A stretch of 64,000 nt of DNA from Selaginella moellendorffii (taxonomy: Eukaryota; Plantae; Lycopodiophyta), in NCBI RefSeq assembly GCF_000143415.4, contig NW_003314307.1:754859-818858 (forward strand), in the 5' to 3' direction. Positions 37,953 to 50,400 of the stretch are shown one piece after another. The notes under the pieces are model-generated. The model was not told where the DNA came from, did no database searches, and saw nothing but the letters and a program-made list of their open reading frames with translations. Numbering within the stretch: the stretch's first letter is position 1; every line of letters starts with the position of its first letter. The translations under genes and the position numbers were made by a program.

Positions 37953-39412
37953 TTAATGGCGACGAGCCTGTGTAGAACCAGCTTCAGGCTGGAAAGAATC
38001 GGCGATTGTTAGAAAACAAAGTTACTAGAACGAGCAAAGAGATTTAGACTTGCCTGAGAAACTTGCGAAGAGTAGTGATAGGCCATAGAAGGCCGAGGAT
38101 ATGGGTACTGCGACATATAAGTCGCCATGTTGGTGTGTGGAGACACCCGCGGTGGCGGAGGATTAAACGGTGCCGGGGCTCGCATCATATCCTGGTGTTG
38201 TTGGTATGCGTGCCTCCAGCCCGATTGACTGGTTGCTTGCGGTGGCATTTGCCTTACAGGAGGACAGCCAAGCTGGGGAAACTCTGTGTTATAATTCACA
38301 ACAGGAGTATACCGAGCTTGCATACCAAAGGCTGGTGGCTGGTTTAGTCCAAAACCTGGATCAAACCGCTGTGAATACCTGCAAATGCAAAGAAAGGCAT
38401 CAACGAAGGTTGCAACCTCGGCTAAGAACTTATACCTGTCATAGTTCCGATCGTAATCGGGATCTTTGCGATCTTTCTCTCGGTCACGGAATATAGCAAC
38501 CTTTTGCCTCGACTTGCTGGATTGATCTTTGTCTGTTTTGCTGCCGCTGCCACCGCTGCTGCTGCTGCTGCTGCTGCAGCTATTACTGCCAGATCCGGCG
38601 TTCATCCGCTGCCTTCCCTGCTCAGGGGTTGAAGCGCTCTCTCTTACTTCTACCACCTTTGCGGTTTTCCTCTTCTCTACTTCCAGCAGCTCGTCATAAG
38701 CTCTCTGTTCCTGCTCATGCCGAAAAATCCTGGCTCGGGCCTTGTTATACTCCTCGTTCCGTTCCTCCATACTCTTGGAGGCATTGCTTCCGGATCCACT
38801 AGCAGCCCCGCTGCTATCTCCACCGGATATAAAACTAGCCTGTGGTCTCTGCTTGATCACAAACTTGGTGTTGGAGTTGCTGCCACCATCCGCGGCAACA
38901 GGAATGTCCGCGAGCCTGATCGAGGGAAACTTATTCTCCCCACTCTTCCGGACTATGATCCTGCATCCTTCCACGTTGCTGTCAATCACCGAAGTTATAA
39001 GGTAGTAGTGTTGCGCTACCCTGTGAACTGCTAGGCGCAAGTAGGACGACGCCATAGGAGGGAACTCAAGCTGAAACTGCTTTGGATTTCTTACGAATCT
39101 CTCCACGTCGTGTTCTAGCCTTAGAACTGGAAAAGAAAACACAATTATTGGTACTAGGAAAGAAGAAAATGCCAAAGACAAGGACTTACTAGTCATACGG
39201 TCGTGAGGATTCTGGAGCGCCTCACGCAAGAACTCGTCAATTTGTGCCGAATCATCGTCGCCGCCGCCACTCTCTTTGTGGAGGCCAAGACTGCAACCAG
39301 CGGGCACAAGCCGCTTCATACTCTCCTCCAGATCGGCCAGCTCCCAAGAATCCGGGCAAGCATCCTCATTCTCCTCGCTCCTGAGCTCCATTGGCGGGTT
39401 CATTCCGGCCAT
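37953..39412 (-). CDS. R3H- and SUZ-domain single-stranded nucleic-acid-binding protein; about 4 coding exons, last intron predicted GC-AG
   Basis: FLREALQNPHDRMT|VLRLE, SSYLRLAVHRVAQHY (R3H), KSMEERNEEYNKARARIF (SUZ), VAIFRDREKDRKDPDYDR. The last exon reads PEAGSTQARRH* after CAG|GCAAGT...TTCCAG. Confidence 0.9.
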
Positions 39413-40172
39413 CACAATGGGATCCTCTTGCGGCAAGGTAGCAGCTTCATCGAGAATTCAAGCTCCCAGCCGCGGAATACAAACCCCTAGGCCGTAGCAT
39501 TTCCTGGATCGCTGGAAACCGGGGCGCTAGCAAACTAGGGAAGCGAGATTCTCACCAGATCTGGCGCCGTAACGGTAGAAGCAGCGCGCACGAATGGAGA
39601 GAAGCGGCGCACCCGCACGCCATAGCCGCGACCGCACACAAACAAGCTGATCAGGTTAAATTTTTTTCCCTTACTCTTTGGTCCCATCGCCACCGTTCGC
39701 GACTGGACGGCGGGAGATCTGTCTGAGGCAGCCCCTTATCGTGACCGTCCATCTTTCACCATTCGAAATTTAGGGTTTCGCGTGGCTGTGCGCATTGCAT
39801 TCATTTCCCACCAGACGAACAAGCGAAGATCTCATTTCCTTTTTTTTCGCATCGCCACTCCTTCAATTCGATCCAGTCTGATCGCTCCAGCGTTCTGTTG
39901 GTCATTGAATTCGATCGGGTAAAAGTCCGCCACGAAATCAAACGAGTAGAATGAAACAAGATGGTTTTCTCCGTTTATTCTTTTACAATCACCACACACA
40001 GCGGCTTTCCGCGATCCAGAAACATAGCGAGCAAGGGAGAAATCCTGCGAGCGCGAGCGCGCGCGGAGGGGAATCGATCGAAGCGATGCGAACTATGTAT
40101 ACGGATGGATGGGTGGATGGATGGAATGGGAAGAGGATTGATTTTGGGGGCGCATTTCTTCACAAATCGATC

Positions 40173-40200
40173 GGATGGATGGATGGATGGATGGATGGAT
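40173..40200. repeat. (GGAT)n microsatellite at the XTH stop codon / 3' UTR
   Basis: About 7 tandem GGAT copies, plus a shorter imperfect run at ~40103-40125. Confidence 0.9.
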
Positions 40201-41475
40201 CAGTCACGCGCGCACTCGGCAGGTCTGGAGGGGAATCTGGCCGAATCGGTGCAGTAGTCGTAGATCATGTAGTTCTTCTTGACCCATTTGAGCTTGCCTG
40301 CGTCGCTGGGGCTGAGAGCTTGCCAGGCGGACGAGTCCCACCATTTGCCGCTGTTTGGGCCGCACGATCCCGACGATGCCTGACACGCGTCAAGATCAAA
40401 GTTCTTGTAGGAGGCGATGAAGGGGGCGTGGCTCCAGTCGGTCTTGACGAGTCCACCCCTGGTCGCCCAGTCGTCGGCGTTCCACAGGCTCGAGTAGACT
40501 CCCATTGACTGCTTCGTGGGGAAAGGCAGGCCCATGTCCTGGTTGTTCTTAAACACGCGAATGGGGGTGGAATCCACGAAGAATCTGCAAAGACAAAGCC
40601 CACGATCAATCAGTCTTTCTAGCTAGCTTGCACCAAGCAAAGGAATCCCAAAAGAATCGCAAGAACATTGAGCACAAACAGTGATCCAGAGGACCCAGGA
40701 AAGAATAGGAAACAGTGGGTCGATCGAACAAGAAATTTGCGGTGATGGGCGATACCACATTGCTCGATCGATCCAAAGAACTCGCCAGGAAAACAGAGCA
40801 CGGAGAGATGGGGGGATCGAAAGGGAGAGAATCGGAGGAAATGGGCGAGATGGGTGTGATCACGTACACGATCTGCTTCTGGTTCCAGAGGATCGAGTAC
40901 GAGTGGAAGTCGGCAGTGGGATCAAACCAGAGGTAGACTCGCTGCTCGCGGTTGCCGACGCCATTGGCGTAGACGTTGGTCTGGAGGATGTATGGATTGC
41001 CCGACGTGTTGCCCAGAAACTCGAGATCGATCTCGTCGCGGGTCCTGTAATCGTCCGAGGACATCTGTCACAAGCAACTCCACGGTCAGAAATGCGGAAG
41101 AAATGGCGCTGGATAGGCGCGAGTTTGGGAGATTTACGTAGTAGGCTGCCACAGTTCCAGCAGAATCACCGGGAACAAGCTTGATTTGCATGCTCACTCT
41201 GCCGAAGAGATACTTGTTCTTGGACGCGAAGCCAGCAGCTGTGGAAGAGAAGGAATCGAACACCCAAAGCCCGAGAGAGCGTGAGCATTGCAATGCGATC
41301 GATCCAAGCAAAAGAATCAACCTGATTGATGATCCAAGACGAGACGAACTTGGCCAGAGCCATCCACTTTGACGTGATCGTTGTTGGAGGTGAAGAGATC
41401 GTTGAAGTTTCCAGGGGCAGCCTGGGAGACGATCACCATGGTGGCGATCAACACGCAGAGGGCCAGCCTCCCCAT
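40200..41475 (-). CDS. XTH: Xyloglucan endotransglucosylase/hydrolase (GH16), 4 exons
   Basis: Signal peptide [41 protein letters not shown], catalytic [10 protein letters not shown] followed by the NTS glycosylation site, [26 protein letters not shown]. Confidence 0.97.
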
Positions 41476-41600
41476 TGCCGCGAATGCGAATCTCAAAAGA
41501 GCCACACACAAGATATTCCCTTTGGAATTCCCAAGAGCGCCTTCTTCTTCCTCGCTGTTGCGTTCTTCGATCGATGTTCCAGCTCCACGGCCCGGCCACG

Positions 41601-41608
41601 CTTATAAA
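41601..41608 (-). promoter_or_regulatory. Putative TATA box of the XTH gene, with upstream G-box-like CCACGTCA
   Basis: TTTATAAG ~130 nt upstream of the ATG. CCACGTCA at ~41626-41633. Confidence 0.5.
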
Positions 41609-43792
41609 CGCTGGCCATGCTGGCGCCACGTCACCATGGCAATGATGACATGTAGTATGGGTTCGTAAAGGTAAATTAGTTCAAATTTTCTTACCCCTTG
41701 CCCAGGAATTTATTCCCACAGGATGGCATGAGCTGGAAAAATAAAAACAAGACAATCGCCACGCCGGGATTCGTCCAGCGTGTTACGTACGAGCGTACGG
41801 CCCGTGCTTAACGTAAGCCCAGGGTCTTTGTTTAGGCAGCTTCTTTGCTGCCAGCTGCGCGGTCAAGATATTCTCCAGCGCTTTTAAGCAGGTGGAGAAA
41901 ACCCGATTACTTTAATCCCAAAGTATTATTACTTTAATCGGGGCCCGGGGGCCTGCCTGCCGACGACGTAACACACTGGAAATGTTAACAATAGTGCCTG
42001 GATTCGAGCCTGCCACTGGTGCCTGCAGGGCCAAAAAAATTCCCCTTAAATATTCCAGGAATTTCCAAATCTTACCGCTGGACTGGCGGCTTGGCTGCCG
42101 CTGAGCTGCCACCTTTCTTTCGTAAGCAGTGCAATGATTGGTGACAAACCTTGACTAGCATAGTTTTTACGTGTGCATCTAGTTTAGAGGAGAAATAAAA
42201 CTATATTTGGTTTTGGAGGCCATGGTTCTTGATGATTCAAATTCGAGATTTAAATCTCGCAGGGAAGCTTCCTGGTAACTTGTCATGCTCTGGCACACAT
42301 ATCATGGTGACTTGCCATGCTCTGGCACAGATATCACATTCAGGCACATATACACATACGGCATGGTGTGTGTGTGTTGAGCCTGCAAAACGCAGTAAAA
42401 AAATAAAGTAAAGTGAGTTTGTTCACTGCAAAAGCAAGCCTGTTTGTTGTCACGGACGCTTTCACCACGGCTGGAAATGGGCTGGAGGGGTGTGTGGTAA
42501 AAAAAGCGGAGATTTTAATCCCAGAGGGTGAATTTTCAAACACAGGCTGGCTAGCTGTGCTGTCGGGTGATCTGATCTCCTCGGAAGGTTCATCGCATTC
42601 AAAGACCGGATATTCGGAGAGCTTAGGTCAGAAAAAAACTTTCCCTGGGACCAACAAACGCGGTCGTCACCTTTCCAAAAAGGTGTCCCCAACCTTATAA
42701 ATTCTTTTCGCGTCCTATCTACTTACATTGTTGTTGTTGGTGTGCTGGATTCAGCTCATTCTGTCAAGAAAGGGACACTCCACTGCACTGTTCATGTGAG
42801 ATGTTCTCTCTCTTTCTCTTCTATTTCATAAATCAATCAATCAATCCGTCCCACAACTTGTCTTTGGCAAGGCACAGATCGATCTTCATTCCCAACCATG
42901 CGAAAATTTCTCCCCAGCTATAACGCTAGAGACGACTGGGAAAGGGACCGGACTTCAGAGCTTGATTAAAATTTCTTGTCATTGTTTGATAGATCCCTTA
43001 CGATTATTGGTTCCACCCAAATCCAGCCTGGTTCCCATATCCTCACTCACGGGGGATCTTGACCAGCAAAACCAACCTAGAAACTTTATAGTGATTGGCA
43101 AACAAAGTCTAGTATTTATTGTTTGTTGTACAAAAATTACTATAATTTAAATAATACATTTTAAACTTGATAATATTAGTATACAGTAAGGTTTAAGTGT
43201 ATGGTTACGATACTATATACTAATATTAACATAGTGGGATTTGATAATTGTCAGATTAATTTCAATTCAGACCACTTGCTCCTATATATTAATTAAGGTT
43301 TTTGGGCTAATTAATATACATATTTCTATATTCTATATTCCTCATATTAGTGAAGATGAGAGGTAGCTTTAATTGTCTCTAAGGATTTATTTTAGATCTA
43401 GCTATAAGCAACCAAAGAAAATGACTTGAAAAACAACCTATAAAGTTCAAATATAAAGGGAAAGGGCCATGAATAAATATGCACCCCTTTTTCCAATCAA
43501 TTAAGGGTCTTTGGGTTTGAATAATACTAGGCTAGATAACCTCCCGGGAAGTTTAAATTCAAGAGTTTACATTTGGTATTAAAGAGGTTTTGGGTCTAGC
43601 TTTTTTAGTTGGCTTAAGGAAATTATAAGATTAACATCTAGTAGAAGAGGGTCTCAAGTCCGACTCTATTAGTTGGGTTAAGAGAATTACACCATATGTT
43701 GAGATTGACATTTAACAAATCTAGTTTACTTTCGGCTAAGCTCAACTCGAAAGGTAAGGTGTCAAGAGAGCAAGGCTTTTGGGAAAGCTATA

Positions 43793-45473
43793 TGTGAGAC
43801 ACAAAATCCCTATTCCCCAAAGTGGAGCCGGAAGGGTGCCATGTGGTAGTGGCCGAAACAAAAGCCAAACAAACGTAACACGTTTGGACCAAAAGCTCCG
43901 ACTAAAAAGGTCGAGAGCGGGAGTGGAACTCCCAACAAAGTGCTCAAGGAACGAGCCCAAAGCGAGCAATAAGCGAGGCTCTAAAAACAAACCCAAAAGG
44001 ACCAACACAGGACACATGGAAGTGTCCAAGATGGAGTCCGAGATGGACCTGAGTTGGAGTCTGAGATGGACCCGAGTTGGAGTCCGAGATGGACCTGAGA
44101 TGGAGTCCGAGATGGACCCAAGATGGAGTTTGAGATGGAGTTCGAGATGGAGTCCAAGATAGACTGAGACGGAGTCCGAGATGGAGTTTGAGATGGAGTT
44201 CGAGATGGAGTTTGAGATGGAGTTCGAGATGGAGTCTGAGATAGACCTGAGATGGACTTGAGATGGAGTCTGAGATGGAGTCCGAGATGGAGTCTGAGAC
44301 GGACCTGAGATGGAGTCCGAGAGAATCCGAGATGGAGTCCGAGATGGACCTGAGATGGAGTCTGAGAAGGACCCGAGATGGAGTCCGAGACTGGGACCGA
44401 GACCGAGATCGAGACCGGGACCGGGACCGAGACCAAGGCCGAGGCCGAGTCTGAGTCCGAGTTCGAGTCCAAGTCTGAGAGGGTGAAAGCCCAAAGCATT
44501 CGTCTCCCAGACCTAGGGGGTTTGGTGAGCTCCAAAAGTATAGTAGGGGGAGGATTGCAATGGAGCCAGTTTGGCCAAGAAAGGCTAGTTTGGCCTAAGA
44601 AGGTTGTATGCAGTGTTGGGTGATAAGCTATCCACTGGGAAGTCTAAGACTAGAGTGAACACAGACCAACAAATGGGGTAGCTTGGTGAAGTGTTCAAGA
44701 GCCGGCTCTAGTTCCCCCGGGAGATCGACTGGCCAATGCTCCCAGTCCAAGTGTGGGTGGCACTACCTACTTGGATACCTGGTGTGGCTTAACGGAACCT
44801 CACTCTAAGCCCATAGCTAGAGCACCCAAAGGTAGAAGGTGGGGAGAATATCTATGAAGCTCACGTAAGGCCACAGTGTTCCGAAATGTTGTCCTAAAGT
44901 CCCAGACGATGAAAAGGAAGAGGAGCAATCCTTTAGTGCAGTGACCAAGGACACGGTCACATGGTGAGGAAGTCCCAAAGGATAGTGGACTTAGAGGTTG
45001 GGCCTACGGGCCTCGATTTAGTGGCAGTGTTGGCGAACCTGGCCATGAACAGAAAGGGACTTGGTGGGGACTGGAAAAGAGATGTTGGGGAAGGCTATTC
45101 CCCATGTCTGTGGGCATATTAAGGATGTTAAGGAGTGGATCTAGGATGATCATACAGAAACAGATGGCCTAGTTTTTGAGAGATAGGACTGCGATGCAGG
45201 TGGTGTCGGACCACCAGTGTGACCAAGGTAAATGGGCATGGCCTTAGCATAACGGGATGAGAGGTCAGTGGAAACTTGGGATGTCGATCATGGGGTCGGA
45301 CACGTGGAGCACTTGGACCAAGTGCAAAGGTTAAGTGGTATGGATGCCATTCTAGGGGTGAGCAAGTCCCAAGCCCTGAATTGAACTTATGGAGGTTGTG
45401 AATGAGACTCCTCCAAGTGGTCAGAGGTATGGTTAAGTGACTAAAGTAGAATGGAAAAATTTAGTCATTTACA
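43793..45473 (+). mobile_element. TG...CA-bounded insertion (solo LTR-like, 1681 bp) with internal minisatellite
   Basis: Begins TGTGAG and ends TTTACA. 5-bp TSD CTATA/CTATG. Removing it restores alignment with the internal region of TRIM copy 1. Confidence 0.7.
44029..44480. repeat. Degenerate 6/12-bp minisatellite (GAGATGGAGTCC)n
   Basis: Directly visible. It generates repetitive ORFs (MESE / DSIS). A related array lies at 45824-46100. Confidence 0.9.
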
Positions 45474-45601
45474 CTATGGCTCTTAACTTCTGTTTATGAA
45501 GGAATGAATTTGAAAAAAAATATAATGGATTGTAAACAATCAAAGAGAACAACTTAAAAGATGATTTATGGGGTTTAAATATATAAAAAAAAGGGCTCAT
45601 A

Positions 45602-47474
45602 TGGTTTTCACCTTTTATTTTATAACTATAAAGTAAAACCTAAACCCTCTATGTGCCATATGCCACATATCACATGCCACATATCCCTAAAGACAATGGA
45701 GTGGAACTCAAGTTTTAGGGTTTTGGGCCACTAAATAAAGGAACTGTAAGGAATTAACTCCCCGATGTGTTATAGGCTAAAAGATTCCCGAAAGCACAAC
45801 CGAAATAATAAAAAGTTCATTGAATGAGATTGAGTCTGAGATCGAGTCCGAGACTGGCTCTAAAACTGAGTTCAAGACTGAGTCCGAGATTGAGTCCGAG
45901 ACTGACTTCGAGACCAAGTTTGAGACTGAGTCCGAGACCGAGTTCGAGATCGAGTTTGAGATCCGAGATTGGGTTTGAGACTGAGTTCAAAACCGAGTCT
46001 GAGACCGAGTTTGAGGTTGGGTCTAAGATTGAGTCTGAGACAAAGTCCAAGGTCAAGTTAGAAATCGAATTTGAGATTGAGTTCGAGACCAAATCTGAAT
46101 ACTAATACAAGTTATGGGGTGAAAGCCCAAAGCATATGTCTCCCGGGGGGGGCATTGCAGAGGGTTCCAAAAGTATAATAGGGATAGTAGGAATCAGTCT
46201 TGAATGAACTTTTTAGTGGTGTTTCCAAACTAACTTGAGGTTGAGGTTAGAGCTTAGAGGCCTTGGGTGGAAGTGAGTATATACTCAGGAGGTGCCAGAG
46301 GGGCCATCCAAGGAAGTATTCAAAAGTAGCTCCCACTCTTGGAAAGGAAACTAATTACGGTGCTCTCAGCTCATATGGAGTGATACCCCACTTAAGTACC
46401 TTATAACTCATTAGTCCTCACCCCTCTTAGAGGCTTGGGCCTTTCCTTTGGGATGAAAGTGGGCAAGTAGGGGTATTCATACTAGGTTGTTAAACTATTG
46501 TGTTTCCCTCTAGTGTCCTAAAGCAAGTGTTGCACCGAAGGCTTAGGATTTAGAGGGTCCTATGATCAAGTTTTGTTGTACCAAAGGATGTTAAGAACCT
46601 GGAGGTTTAGTGTGCTTGGCTACTTATGCCTGTAGGGAGCATAGCCGAATCTTAAGTCCAATCTAACCTGGGGAGGGAGATTGGGAGAGAATTTAGGAAA
46701 CCATGGATGAATAGCTAATGCTCTATTGCTCATGTAGTGAGTTGCTAAAACCAAGTAGGACCAAGTAGAAGCTGGTATAATAATAGGAACCTTAATGAGG
46801 GAAGTTAACTAAAGCCAAGTACCTTAGTACCTTAGTCAAATAGATAAGGTAACCTAGCAAATTGGAAAGAAAAAAATTTATGGCTTATAAGAACAAAACT
46901 AAATTTCTAAGCATAGAACCAAGGAGCAAAGGTACTGGAGCATGAAACAACTCTCAAGCGTATAGCTCAAGGAGCAAAGGGACAAGAGCACAAAGCAATT
47001 TGAAATAGTTATAAAGCATCTAACATCCTAATGCCAGGACCAGTAGACAAAATAGAGCCAAACAGAGTCTAGCACTATTTCAGCATGTCAGTGGCCTAAT
47101 GTGAGGATATAGGTATTCTACCAGCTAGTATGGTGTGGAACTTAGGCTTAGACACTTTAAACATGGTAAGTTATCATCTAGCGAATATTAAGAGACTAAG
47201 TTTAATATTGTGGGGGTTCCCAACATTAGTAATTGCAAATCAATGCCAGGAGTTTCTCAAACTAAGTTGAGTCTGCTTAGCAAGAAATAGGAGTTCCTAC
47301 CTTATGTTTATCCAATTTAAGTACACAGGCATTAATCAGTTTCTCCGCTAGCTTATGTGGAGACTAATAAGGATCTAGCAATACTGACTTCCTACCATCG
47401 TGGCAATAAGGAAAGAATATTCGAAAAAATTAGCCGACAAATAACTTTCAATACCTATAGTCATATTTGCAACA
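45602..47474 (+). mobile_element. Second TG...CA-bounded insertion (solo LTR-like, 1873 bp), related to 43793-45473
   Basis: Splits the 3' LTR of TRIM copy 2. TSD-like TCATA/TAATG. Shares GGAGTGGAACTC, the GAG-TCC-GAG minisatellite, GGGTGAAAGCCCAAAGCAT...CCAAAAGTATA and a TAGTCAT...ACA end with the first insertion. Confidence 0.65.
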
Positions 47475-50400
47475 TAATGAATAAAAATGCACCCCTTTTT
47501 CTAATTGGTTAAGGGTCTTAGGATACTTGGGATTAATTGTCCTTGGGTTTAAATAATAATGGGTAAAGTAACTTCCCAGGAAGTCCAAATTTAGGAGCTT
47601 ATATTAGTTTTTGCATCATTAAGATCTCCTTTTCTTGATAACTTTTTCAATTTTTTCTCTTTTGGTTTCTCCTTTTTGTTCATCTTCATGATAGAGCATT
47701 AGCCTTCTCCTCCTTTGACTTTGGAGCAACAATTGGTGCAATTACTTGATGCTATATGGTTATAGTTGAACAATCAAACTCAATTAATGGCAATATTTAT
47801 GACATGTGGTACAACTCCTCTTGCTCTTACTACCAATCCTCACATTCAGCTAAAGTTCTTTCATGGGAGTCTTAGGGATGATGTGTACCATTGATTCAAT
47901 CACTTTATAATGATTGTCACATGTCATTCTAGGGATGAGTTAGTGTTTGCGTGAGTTTCCCACATATCTCCAAGGGATGACACTATAGTAGTAGAATGGT
48001 TTGAGTGCAGCCACTCGTGAGGATTGGAGCATTCTTCTAGACATTTTCAAACGTGCATTTAGACATGCCGATGATTGAAATGACGCCTTCTAATAATTGC
48101 ATCATCAAAAGCTATTTAATATTCATTTCTAAAACTTCTTGTTTCATGCGGAGTCAAATATGTCAAAGTGGATCAAGTTAGGAATGTTGTGGTCAATATT
48201 TTGTCAAGATTTTGTAAAACTTGTGCATACACTTACTTCAGCCACCTTTGATGATGCACTTCACTTGACACAACATTATGAAACATCACATCTTCCAATT
48301 CTTATTGCATGTCCTTCAACTTCATTTCATATAAGAGATGGTTTTGTTCTAATTAAGGTTAATCCTATTATTACTTGAGTTCAAGGACAAGGGCAAGGAC
48401 ATGGTCGTAGTCGTGATGTCTACTACTAGTCATATGATGCAATTGGTCACACTTATCAGCATTATCAGTGTTTTCCATATTGATAATCTCCATTTTCTAG
48501 GTGGAAACCTTAGCATCAACAACGTCCTATTAATGCTATTGTATTAGAAAGTTTGGACATTGAGATGCTTCTAGGAAATAAAGAATCATACAAGTAGCAA
48601 AGGGTCCTTGTGCAAATAAGTTGGTGACCCCTCCATGTTTTTTTCAAGAGTATTATCAAGGGGTTCATTTGGCACCAATTCATCAAATGTTTACTTTCCA
48701 AGTTTAGTTTTGTAATAAGAAGTCTCTTATTATTTTTTCCATATTAGTTGATATAAACTTGACTTTATCCTTTATTGCTTAGTCTGTTAACACAAGTTGC
48801 CATCTCTATTTGCGTCATGTGGTAGAGCCAATTTTCATTCTTTATGGCCATATGCACGAGATGAGGCAAATGTAGTTGTGCATATGGGCAATCTCAAGCT
48901 TCAGTTGGTACTGCTCGATGGGCTTTAAAACTTTATATATATAATTTCAATGTTATTCATCACCTGGGGAGTTTTATGACACCCTTTCTTGAGCTTTTCT
49001 TCCTTCTTTGCTCTCTTTTTATATTTTTAACAAGTTTGTTGTTCCAAGGTTTGTGGATTTTTTGGACAAGAATTTCGTGTCGTTAGCAGTTGTTATACTT
49101 AATGTTTAGTATTCATAAGGTGCAAAGCAAAATTTACTTTCTCTTGATGAGGTTCATAAAGCTCAAAAAGTTGAGTTATGGATCTAAAGTTTTCACAATA
49201 AGTTTGAGAATTTTGCATCACTTATTGATAACTTGCCATTTTGGCATTTGTATTCTCAATATCACATTGAGGACAAACTTCTTTATTTTGTGGGGATGAA
49301 TTTCAATGATCATTTATGAGTGGTGGTGCCTTCAATTTTTATTTTATACTTTCTCCATACCTACTATGATATGTAGGAATATGGGACATCGTCATATGAT
49401 TTAGAAGTTACTAAGTTTTTCTATTAACTGAAGATATGACATGATGTTATATGTTTAGTGTCAAGCTTGTAATACTCTTTTTCGTGCTGCGGAAGTACAG
49501 GCATTTGATTTGATGGGGCCTTTTCCACATTCAACTATTAGCAATGAGTATGTCATTATTATTTTAATTACTTAACTTGGTAGAAGTTGCTAATTCGTCT
49601 GCAATTGTTATTAGATACTTCCTCCTCAATCAAGTGGTGTTCTAACATTATTATCTAGAGTGAATTCTTTCAGATAATAGTCTTGCATTTATAGCTGAGG
49701 CATTTCACATCTTAACATCTTGGTTGGGGATATACCACACTTTCACGAGTGCTTATCATCGACAATCATATAGTTTGGTAGAATGGTTTATTCGAATCTT
49801 TAAAGGGATGATTGTGAAGTACATGAACTTTTAACATTTGAATTGGGATGGTTATTTGCCATCTTTTTAGTATATGGATTTTATAGAGGTGTTATTGGTG
49901 CTTCACCATATAAACTCTTATATGGTCATGATCTAATACTACTAATAGAATTGAGTTTATCTTTGTAATTGCCATGAGTTGTTGATACTAGGTCTTGGGA
50001 TTAATATTTGACAAACATTCTTCCACTAATCTAAGCATAATCTACTAAACACTTGAGCCATATACAAGTGGGACAACAACAACACTATAATTCCCATCAT
50101 CATCCACATATGGAATACAAAATAAATGATTTAGTATTAATCTATTTTCCTAATCTTACAATACATGGTTTGTCTAAAGGGCTTTTTACTCAGTGGAAGG
50201 GACCATATCATGTGTTGTGGCAAGTTGGATCACAAGTTTATAAGATTTGGCATAATGTCTAATAAGTTAATCCTCCAAAAATTATGCATGTATAGAGGCT
50301 GAAACACTTCATATAAAGAGATCAAGAACAATTAGCACCACTTACAGATCTACTAATATCTCCTTCAAATGTTCCTCCAGATCTTGGCCCATCCACTAGA

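Larger units (their letters stand above)
43403..47603 (+). mobile_element. Cassandra-like TRIM (copy 2) with 5S-derived LTRs, expanded by two nested insertions (native length ~0.64 kb)
   Basis: 5' LTR 43403-43571 contains TACTAGGCTAGATAACCTCCCGGGAAGT and is followed by PBS TT-TGGTAT. 3' LTR is 45531-45601 plus 47480-47603. TSD CTAGC/TTAGT. The internal sequence matches copy 1. Confidence 0.82.

Noticed and set aside
43742-44623. Ser/Glu-rich repeat proteins (MESE/DSIS)
   Set aside because: Translation artefacts of a minisatellite inside a mobile element.
43403-47603. A long gag-protease-encoding 'autonomous partner' of the 5S-TRIM
   Set aside because: The extra 1.7 kb is bounded by TG...CA with its own 5-bp TSD (CTATA/CTATG). 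Removing it restores the short internal region, so it is a separate insertion.
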